Positions 1-12,459 of a stretch of DNA of 17,842 nt are shown in pieces. A model generated the notes under the pieces. That model had not been told where the DNA came from, did no database searches, and was given only the letters and a program-made list of their open reading frames with translations. A program made the position numbers and the translations under genes. This DNA comes from a virus. The first letter of the stretch is position 1; the number at the start of each line of letters is the position of its first letter. The DNA lies in the UHGV virus genome UHGV-1912862. One strand, written 5' to 3'.

Positions 1-2400
1 GAAGCCTTCGGGAAGCTGACCACAGACCCGACGTCGGGGCTGACGGCGATGGCGCGCCAGTTCCATAACGTGACGGCGGAGCAGATTGCGTATGTTGCTC
101 AGTTGCAGCGTTCCGGCGATGAAGCCGGGGCATTGCAGGCGGCGAACGAGGCCGCAACGAAAGGGTTTGATGACCAGACCCGCCGCCTGAAAGAGAACAT
201 GGGCACGCTGGAGACCTGGGCAGACAGGACTGCGCGGGCATTCAAATCCATGTGGGATGCGGTGCTGGATATTGGTCGTCCTGATACCGCGCAGGAGATG
301 CTGATTAAGGCAGAGGCTGCGTTTAAGAAAGCAGACGACATCTGGAATCTGCGCAAGGATGATTATTTTGTTAACGATGAAGCGCGGGCGCGTTACTGGG
401 ATGACCGTGAAAAGGCCCGTCTTGCGCTTGAAGCCGCCCGAAAGAAGGCTGAGCAGCAGACTCAACAGGACAAAAATGCGCAGCAGCAGAGCGATACCGA
501 AGCGTCACGGCTGAAATATACCGAAGAGGCGCAGAAGGCTTACGAACGCCTGCAGACACCGCTGGAGAAATATACCGCCCGCCAGGAGGAACTGAATAAG
601 GCACTGAAAGACGGAAAAATCCTGCAGGCAGATTACAACACGCTGATGTCGGCGGCGAAAAAGGACTATGAAGCGACGCTGAAAAAGCCGAAGCAGTCCG
701 GCGTGAAAGTGTCTGCGGGCGATCGTCAGGAAGACAGTGCTCATGCTGCCCTGCTGACGCTTCAGGCAGAACTCCGGACACTGGAGAAGCATGCCGGAGC
801 GAATGAGAAAATCAGCCAGCAGCGCCGGGATTTGNNNNNNNNNNGCTGCAGACGCCGCTGGAGAAATATACCGCCCGTCAGGAAGAACTGAATAAGGCCC
901 TGAAAGACGGAAAAATCCTGCAGGCAGATTACAACACGCTGATGGCGGCGGCGAAAAAGGACTATGAAGCGACACTGAAAAAGCCGAAACAGTCCGGCGT
1001 GAAGGTGTCTGCAGGAGAGCGTCAGGAAGACAGTGCTCATGCCGCCCTGCTGACGCTTCAGGCAGAACTCCGGACGCTGGAGAAGCATGCCGGAGCGAAT
1101 GAGAAAATCAGCCAGCAGCGCCGGGATTTGTGGAAGGCGGAAAGTCAGTTCGCGGTACTGGAGGAGGCGGCGCAACGTCGCCAGCTGTCCGCACAGGAGA
1201 AATCCCTGCTGGCGCATAAAGATGAGACGCTGGAGTACAAACGCCAGCTGGCTGCACTTGGCGATAAGGTCACGTATCAGGAGCACCTGAACGCGCTGGC
1301 GCAGCAGGCGGATAAATTCGCACAGCAGCAACGGGCAAAACGGGCCGCCATTGATGCGAAAAGCCGGGGGCTGACTGACCGGCAGGCAGCGAAGGAAGCC
1401 ACGGAACAGCGCCTGAAGGAGGAGTATGGCGATAATCCGCTGGCGCTGAATAACGTCATGTCAGAGCAGAAAAAGACCTGGGCGGCTGAAGACCAGCTTC
1501 GCGGGAACTGGATGGCAGGCCTGAAGTCCGGCTGGAGTGAGTGGGAAGAGAGCGCCACGGANNNNNNNNNNAAAAAACCGGGGGCTGACTGACCGGCAGG
1601 CAGCGCGGGAAGCCACGGAACAGCGCCTGAAGGAACAGTATGGCGATAATTCTCTGGCGCTGAATAACGTCATGTCAGAGCAGAAAAAGACCTGGGCGGC
1701 TGAAGGCCAGCTTCGCGGGAGCTGGATGGCAGGCCTGAAGTCCGGCTGGAGTGAGTGGGAAGAGAGCGCCACGGACAGTATGTCGCAGGTAAAAAGTGCA
1801 GCCACGCAGACCTTTGATGGCATTGCACAGAATATGGCGGCGATGCTGACCGGCAGTGAGCAGAACTGGCGCAGCTTCACCCGTTCCGTGCTGTCCATGA
1901 TGACAGAAATTCTGCTTAAGCAGGCAATGGTGGGGATTGTCGGGAGTATCGGCAGCGTCATTGGCGGTGCTGCCGGTGGTGGCGCATCAGTGTCAGGCGG
2001 TACAGCCATTCAGGCCGCTGCGGCGAAATTCCATTTTGCGACCGGAGGATTTACGGGAACCGGCGGCAAATATGAGCCAGCGGGGATTGTTCACCGTGGT
2101 GAATTTGTCTTCACGAAGGAGGCAACCAGCCGGATTGGCGTAGGAAATCTTTACCGGCTGATGCGCGGCTATGCCACCGGTGGTTATGTCGGTGGCACCG
2201 GAAGTCCGGCGCAAATGCGGCGTTCAGAGGGTATCAGATTTGAGCAGAACAACAACGTGGTGATTCAGAACGACGGTACGAATGGTCTGCCAGGTCCACA
2301 GATGCTGAAGGCAGTGTATGACATGGCCCGCAAGGGTGCCCGTGATGAAATTCAGGCACAGATGCGCGATGGTGGTCTGTTCTCCGGAGGTGGACGATGA
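1..2400 (+). CDS. H: Tail tape-measure protein (lambda gpH-like), 5'-truncated by the window; frame broken by scaffold joins at 835-844 and 1562-1571
   Basis: Frame is open from nt 1. Translation is Ala/Gln/Lys-rich and coiled-coil-like with a Gly-rich segment (GGAAGGGASVSGG). Stop TGA 2398-2400 overlaps the M start (ATGA). Sits directly upstream of M-L-K-I-J. Confidence 0.9.
835..844. other. Scaffold join (10 N); 845-1130 re-reads about 549-834
   Basis: N-run followed by a near-identical copy with substitutions. Confidence 0.85.
1562..1571. other. Scaffold join (10 N); about 1574-1775 re-reads about 1360-1561
   Basis: N-run followed by a near-identical copy with substitutions. Confidence 0.85.
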
Positions 2401-2726
2401 AGACCTTCCGCTGGAAAGTGAAACCCGGTATGGATGTGGCTTCGGCCCCTTCCGTCAGGAAAGTGTGCTTTGGTGATGGCTATTCCCAGCGAGCGCCTGC
2501 CGGGCTGAATGCCGACCTGAAAACGTACAGCGTGACGCTTTCTGTTCCCCGTTGGGAGGCCACGGCGCTGGAGTCGTTTCTGGCTGAGCACGGGGGCTGG
2601 AAAGCCTTTCTGTGGACGCCGCCTTATGAGTGGCGGCAGATAAAGGTGACCTGCGCAAAATGGTCGTCGCGGGTCAGTATGCTGCGTGTTGAGTTCAGCG
2701 CAGAGTTTGAACAGGTGGTGAACTGA
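2397..2726 (+). CDS. M: Tail tip protein M (lambda gpM-like), 109 aa
   Basis: ORF MKTFRWKVKPGMDVASAP...EFEQVVN. GGAGG Shine-Dalgarno at 2383-2387. Stop overlaps L start (TGATG). Length and position match lambda M. Confidence 0.92.
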   Translation: MKTFRWKVKPGMDVASAPSVRKVCFGDGYSQRAPAGLNADLKTYSVTLSVPRWEATALESFLAEHGGWKAFLWTPPYEWRQIKVTCAKWSSRVSMLRVEFSAEFEQVVN

Positions 2727-3680
2727 TGCAGAATATCCGGCAGGAAACACTGAATGAATGCACCCGTGCGGAGCAGTCGGCCAGCGNNNNNNNNNNGATA
2801 TCCGGCAGGAAACACTGAATGAATGCACCCGTGCGGAGCAGTCGGCCAGCGTGGTGCTCTGGGAAATCGACCTGACAGAGGTCGGTGGAGAACGTTATTT
2901 TTTCTGTAATGAGCAGAACGAAAAAGGTGAGCCGGTCACCTGGCAGGGGCGACAGTATCAGCCGTATCCCATTCAGGGGAGCGGTTTTGAACTGAATGGC
3001 AAAGGCACCAGTACGCGCCCCACGCTGACGGTTTCTAACCTGTACGGTATGGTCACCGGGATGGCGGAAGATATGCAGAGTCTGGTCGGCGGAACGGTGG
3101 TCCGGCGTAAGGTTTACGCCCGTTTTCTGGATGCGGTGAACTTCGTCAACGGAAACAGTTACGCCGATCCGGAGCAGGAGGTGATCAGCCGCTGGCGCAT
3201 TGAGCAGTGCAGCGAACTGAGCGCGGTGAGTGCCTCCTTTGTACTGTCCACGCCGACGGAAACGGATGGCGCTGTTTTTCCGGGACGTATCATGCTGGCC
3301 AACACCTGCACCTGGACCTATNNNNNNNNNNCTTCGTCAACGGAAACAGCGACGCCGATCCGGAGCAGGAGGTGATCAGTCGCTGGCGCATCGAGCAGTG
3401 CAGCGAACTGAGCGCGGTCAGTGCCTCCTTTGTACTGTCCACACCGACGGAAACGGACGGCGCTGTTTTTCCGGGACGTATCATGCTGGCCAACACCTGC
3501 ACCTGGACCTATCGCGGTGACGAGTGCGGTTATAGCGGTCCGGCTGTCGCGGATGAATATGACCAGCCAACGTCCGATATCACGAAGGATAAATGCAGCA
3601 AATGCCTGAGCGGTTGTAAGTTCCGCAATAACGTCGGCAACTTTGGCGGCTTCCTTTCCATTAACAAACTTTCGCAGTAA
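2726..3680 (+). CDS. L: Tail tip protein L (lambda gpL-like); contains two scaffold joins (2787-2796, 3322-3331) with re-read blocks, true length about 232 aa
   Basis: Translation MQNIRQETLNECTRAEQSASVVLWEIDLTEVGGERYFFCNEQ... ending with a Cys cluster (RGDECGY...DKCSKCLSGCKF) as in gpL. After subtracting the re-reads the length is about 700 nt. Confidence 0.92.
2787..2796. other. Scaffold join (10 N); 2798-2851 re-reads 2733-2786
   Basis: N-run followed by a near-identical copy. Confidence 0.85.
3322..3331. other. Scaffold join (10 N); 3332-3512 re-reads 3141-3321
   Basis: N-run followed by a near-identical copy with substitutions. Confidence 0.85.
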
Positions 3681-3684
3681 TCCC

Positions 3685-4428
3685 ATGACAGAGACAGAAT
3701 CAGCGATTCTGGCGCACGCCCGGCGATGTGCGCCAGCGGAGTCGTGCGGCTTCGTGGTAAGCACGCCGGAGGGGGAAAGATATTTCCCCTGCGTGAATAT
3801 CTCCGGTGAGCCGGAGGCGTATTTCCGTATGTCGCCGGAAGACTGGCTGCAGGCAGAAATGCAGGGTGAGATTGTGGCGCTGGTCCACAGCCACCCCGGT
3901 GGTCTGCCCTGGCTGAGTGAGGCCGACCGGCGGCTGCAGGTGCAGAGTGATTTGCCGTGGTGGCTGGTCTGCCGGGGGACGATTCATAAGTTCCGCTGTG
4001 TGCCGCATCTCACCGGGCGGCGCTTTGAGCACGGTGTGACGGACTGTTACACACTGTTCCGGGATGCTTATCATCTGGCGGGGATTGAGATGCCGGACTT
4101 TCATCGTGAGGATGACTGGTGGCGTAACGGCCAGAATCTCTATCTGGATAATCTGGAGGCCACAGGGCTGTATCAGGTGCCGTTGTCATCAGCACAACCG
4201 GGCGATGTGCTGCTGTGCTGTTTTGGTTCATCGGTGCCGAATCATGCCGCCATTTACTGTGGTGATGGCGAGCTGCTGCACCATATTCCTGAACAACTGA
4301 GCAAACGAGAGAGGTACACCGACAAATGGCAGCGACGCACACACACCCTCTGGCGTCACCGGGCATGGCGCGCATCTGCCTTTACGGGGATTTACAACGA
4401 TTTGGCCGCCGCATCGACCTTCGTGTGA
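3685..4428 (+). CDS. K: Tail tip assembly protein K (JAMM/MPN plus NlpC/P60-like), 247 aa; alternative internal start at 3829 would give 199 aa
   Basis: ATG at 3685 (MTETESAILAHARR...). JAMM motif HSHPGGLPWLSEAD (HxHx7Sx2D) and downstream Cys/His consistent with NlpC/P60. Its 3' end overlaps the I start out of frame by about 100 nt. Confidence 0.9.
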   Translation: MTETESAILAHARRCAPAESCGFVVSTPEGERYFPCVNISGEPEAYFRMSPEDWLQAEMQGEIVALVHSHPGGLPWLSEADRRLQVQSDLPWWLVCRGTIHKFRCVPHLTGRRFEHGVTDCYTLFRDAYHLAGIEMPDFHREDDWWRNGQNLYLDNLEATGLYQVPLSSAQPGDVLLCCFGSSVPNHAAIYCGDGELLHHIPEQLSKRERYTDKWQRRTHTLWRHRAWRASAFTGIYNDLAAASTFV

Positions 4429-5155
4429 AAACGGGGGCTGAAGCCATCCGGGCACTGGCCACACAGCTCCCGGCGTTTCGTCAGAAACTGTGCGACGGCT
4501 GGTATCAGGTACGGATTGCCGGGCGGGACGTCAGCACGTCCGGGTTAACGGCGCAGTTACATGAGACTCTGCCTGATGGCGCTGTGATTCATATTGTTNN
4601 NNNNNNNNCGCACTGGCCACACAGCTCCCGGCGTTTCGTCAGAAACTGAGCGACGGCTGGTATCAGGTACGGATTGCCGGGCAGGATGTCAGCACGTCCG
4701 GATTAACGGCGCAGTTACATGAGACTCTGCCTGATGGCGCTGTGATTCATATTGTTCCCAGAGTCGCCGGGGCCAAGTCAGGTGGTGTATTCCAGATTGT
4801 CCTGGGAGCAGCCGCCATTGCCGGATCATTCTTTACCGCCGGAGCCACCCTTGCAGCATGGGGGGCAGCCATTGGGGCCGGTGGTATGACCGGCATCCTG
4901 TTTTCTCTCGGTGCCAGTATGGTGCTCGGTGGTGTGGCGCAGATGCTGGCACCGAAAGCCCGGACGCCCACAGCGACCAGCACGGATAACGGTAAGCAGA
5001 ACACGTATTTCTCTTCACTGGATAACATGGTTGCCCAGGGCAATGTTCTGCCTGTTCTGTACGGTGAAATGCGCGTGGGGTCACGCGTGGTTTCTCAGGA
5101 GATCAGCACGGCAGACGAAGGGGATGGTGGTCAGGTTGTGGTGATTGGTCGCTGA
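4326..5155 (+). CDS. I: Tail tip assembly protein I (lambda gpI-like); contains scaffold join 4599-4608 and a re-read, true length about 222 aa
   Basis: MAATHTHPLASPGMARICLYGDLQRFGRRIDLRVKTGAEAIRALATQLPAFRQK... followed by a Gly/Ala-rich hydrophobic C-terminal half ...GDGGQVVVIGR. Stop TGA 5153-5155. Confidence 0.9.
4599..4608. other. Scaffold join (10 N); 4609-4756 re-reads 4451-4598
   Basis: N-run followed by a near-identical copy with substitutions. Confidence 0.85.
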
Positions 5156-5173
5156 TGCAAAATGTTTTATGTG

Positions 5174-5199
5174 AAACCGCCTCCGGGCGGTTTTGTCGT
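5174..5199 (+). promoter_or_regulatory. Perfect 8-bp hairpin (AAACCGCC-tccg-GGCGGTTT) followed by a T-rich tract in the I-J intergenic spacer; possible attenuator or RNA-stability element
   Basis: Inverted repeat read directly from the sequence. A second copy with the same stem and loop tgcg lies at 6064-6089 in the re-read block. Confidence 0.35.
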
Positions 5200-5215
5200 T
5201 TATGGAGCGTGAGGA

Positions 5216-5665
5216 ATGGGTAAAGGCAGCAGTAAGGGGCATACCCCGCGCGAAGCAAAGGACAACCTGAAGTCCACGCAGCTGCTGAGTGTGATCGATG
5301 CCATCAGTGAAGGGCCGATTGAAGGTCCGGTGGATGGATTAAAAAGCGTGCTGCTGAACAGTACGCCGGTGCTGGACAGTGAGGGGAATGCCAATATATC
5401 CGGCGTCACGGTGGTGTTCCGGGCAGGTGAGCAGGAGCAGACTCCGCCGGAGGGGGTTGAATCCTCCGGTTCCGAGACGGTGCTGGGTACGGAAGTGAAA
5501 TATGACACGCCGATCACCCGCACCATCACGTCGGCAAACATCGACCGTCTGCGCTTTACCTTCGGTGTGCAGGCACTGGTGGAAACCACCTCAAAGGGGG
5601 ACAGGAATCCATCGGAAGTCCGCCTGCTGGTTCAGATACAGCGTAACGGTGGCTGGGTGACGGAA
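5216..5665 (+). CDS. J: Host-specificity protein J, 5' fragment (first allele copy, cut by scaffold join 5666-5675)
   Basis: MGKGSSKGHTPREAKDNLKSTQLLSVIDAISEGPIEGPVDGLK... is about 96 percent identical to 6106-6555. GAGG Shine-Dalgarno at 5211-5214. Confidence 0.8.
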
Positions 5666-5675
5666 NNNNNNNNNN
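5666..5675. other. Scaffold join (10 N); 5676-6555 re-reads 4786-5665 (I 3' end, I-J spacer, J 5' end)
   Basis: N-run followed by an 880-nt diverged copy at constant offset 890. Confidence 0.85.
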
Positions 5676-6045
5676 CGTATTCCAGATTGTCCTGGGAGCT
5701 GCCGCCATTGCCGGATCATTCTTTACTGCCGGAGCCACCCTTGCAGCATGGGGGGCAGCCATTGGGGCCGGTGGTATGACCGGCATCCTGTTTTCTCTCG
5801 GTGCCAGTATGGTGCTCGGTGGTGTGGCGCAGATGCTGGCACCGAAAGCCAGAACTCCCCGTACACAGATAACGGATAACGGCAAACAAAACACCTATTT
5901 CTCCTCACTGGATAACATGGTTGCCCAGGGCAATGTTCTGCCCGTTCTGTTCGGTGAAATGCGCGTGGGGTCACGTGTGGCATCTCAGGAGATCAGTACA
6001 GCTGATGAAGGTGATGGTGGTGAAATCGTGGTGATTGGTCGCTGA
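5676..6045 (+). CDS. I: Tail assembly protein I, 3' fragment (second allele copy; re-read of 4786-5155 with substitutions)
   Basis: Encodes ...APKARTPRTQITDNGKQNTYFSSLDNMVAQGNVLPVLFGEMRVGSRVASQEISTADEGDGGEIVVIGR, against TPTATSTDNG...YGEM...GQVVVIGR in copy one. Confidence 0.8.
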
Positions 6046-6105
6046 TGGAACATGTTTTATATGAAACCGCCTGCGGGCGGTTTTGTCGTTTATGGAGCAT
6101 GAGGA

Positions 6106-11127
<5,022 letters not shown>

Positions 11128-11146
11128 ATTTTATAACCCATATACG

Positions 11147-11172
11147 GGCACCAGAAATGGTGCCTTTTTTTT
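11147..11172 (+). terminator. Rho-independent terminator after J (GGCACCA-gaaa-TGGTGCC then T8)
   Basis: 7-bp GC-rich stem, GAAA tetraloop and T8 run, 20 nt after the J stop. Confidence 0.65.
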
Positions 11173-11193
11173 GCAGAAAAGCGAGAGGTAATT

Positions 11194-11730
11194 ATGCGTA
11201 AATTATGTGCTGTTATTCTGTCCACAGTAGTCTGGCTGGTCGCCGCTGGTACGCCAGCGAGCGCAGCAGAGCATCAGTCCACACTAAGCGCCGGGTATCT
11301 TCAGACCCATACTGATATGCCCGGCAACGATGACCTGAAGGGCATTAACGTGAAATACCGTTATGAATTTACGGACACGCTGGGGCTGGTGACGTCATTC
11401 AGTTATGCCAATGCCAAAGATGAGCAAAAAACGCATTACAGCGATACCCGCTGGCATGAAGATTCAGTGCGTAACCGCTGGTTCAGCATGATGGCGGGGC
11501 CGTCTGTACGCGTGAATGAATGGTTCAGTGCTTATGCGATGGCAGGTGTGGCTTACAGCCGTGTTTCGACGTTCTCCGGGGATTATCTCCGCGTAACTGA
11601 CAACAAGGGGAAAACGCACGATGTGCTGACCGGAAGTGATGACGATCGCCACAGCAACACGTCTCTGGCGTGGGGAGCTGGCGTGCAGTTTAACCCGACC
11701 GAATCCGTGGCCATTGATATTGCTTATGAA
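11194..11730 (+). CDS. lom: Lom-family outer membrane protein (Ail/OmpX/Lom beta-barrel), allele copy A, 3' end lost at scaffold join 11731-11740
   Basis: MRKLCAVILSTVVWLVAAGTPASAAEHQSTLSAGYLQTHTDMPGNDDLKGINVKYRYEFTDTLG... Signal peptide plus beta-strand pattern. GAGAGG Shine-Dalgarno at 11183-11188. Confidence 0.8.
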
Positions 11731-11740
11731 NNNNNNNNNN
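11731..11740. other. Scaffold join (10 N); 11741-12332 re-reads about 11140-11730 (terminator plus lom)
   Basis: N-run followed by a diverged copy; the lom signal-peptide region differs markedly. Confidence 0.85.
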
Positions 11741-11747
11741 CAATACG

Positions 11748-11771
11748 GGCGCCAGAAATGGCGCCTTTTTT
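11748..11771 (+). terminator. Second copy of the post-J terminator (GGCGCCA-gaaa-TGGCGCC then T6) inside the re-read block
   Basis: Same hairpin as 11147-11172 with G-C/A-T compensatory changes in the stem. Confidence 0.5.
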
Positions 11772-11795
11772 ATTGCAGAAAAGCGAGAGGTAATT

Positions 11796-12395
11796 ATGCG
11801 TAAAGTTTATGCAGCCATTTTGTCCGCAGCCATCTGTCTGGCCGTATCCGGTGCGCCTGCATGGGCATCTGAGCAGCAGGCCACACTGAGCGCAGGGTAT
11901 CTTCATGCCCGTACGAACGCTCCCGGCAGCGATAATCTGAACGGGATTAACGTGAAATACCGTTATGAGTTTACGGACACGCTGGGGCTGATTACGTCAT
12001 TCAGTTATGCCAACGCTGAAGATGAGCAAAAAACGCATTACAGCGATACCCGCTGGCATGAGGATTCCGTGCGTAACCGCTGGTTCAGCGTGATGGCGGG
12101 ACCGTCTGTGCGCGTGAATGAATGGTTCAGCGCGTATGCGATGGCGGGGGTGGCTTACAGCCGTGTTTCGACCTTCTCCGGGGATTATCTGCAGGTGACC
12201 GACAACAAGGGGAAAACGCACGATGTGCTGACCGGAAGTGATGACGGTCGCCACAGCAACACGTCTCTGGCGTGGGGGGCTGGCGTGCAGTTTAACCCGA
12301 CCGAATCCGTGGCCATTGATATTGCTTATGAAGGCTCCGGCAGTGGCGACTGGCGCACTGACGGTTTCATCGTGGGTGTCGGTTATAAATTCTGA
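11796..12395 (+). CDS. lom: Lom-family outer membrane protein, allele copy B, complete, 199 aa
   Basis: MRKVYAAILSAAICLAVSGAPAWASEQQATLSAGYLHARTNAPGSDNLNGINVKYRYEFTDTLGLITSFSYANAEDEQKTHYSDTRWHEDSVRNRWF...GFIVGVGYKF. C-terminal aromatic residue typical of OMP barrels. Confidence 0.9.
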   Translation: MRKVYAAILSAAICLAVSGAPAWASEQQATLSAGYLHARTNAPGSDNLNGINVKYRYEFTDTLGLITSFSYANAEDEQKTHYSDTRWHEDSVRNRWFSVMAGPSVRVNEWFSAYAMAGVAYSRVSTFSGDYLQVTDNKGKTHDVLTGSDDGRHSNTSLAWGAGVQFNPTESVAIDIAYEGSGSGDWRTDGFIVGVGYKF

Positions 12396-12422
12396 TTAGC
12401 CAGGTAACACAGTGTTATGACA

Positions 12423-12449
12423 GCCCGCCGGTTCAGGCGGGCTTTTTTG
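12423..12449 (+). terminator. Rho-independent terminator after lom (GCCCGCC-ggttcag-GGCGGGC then T6)
   Basis: 7-bp GC stem and T-run, directly followed by GGAG (12451-12454) and the stf ATG at 12460. Confidence 0.65.
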
Positions 12450-12459
12450 TGGAGTGGAT

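Noticed and set aside
99-2009. Several - strand ORFs of 85-189 aa inside H
   Set aside because: Antisense to the strongly supported tape-measure frame, some spanning N-runs. No independent support.
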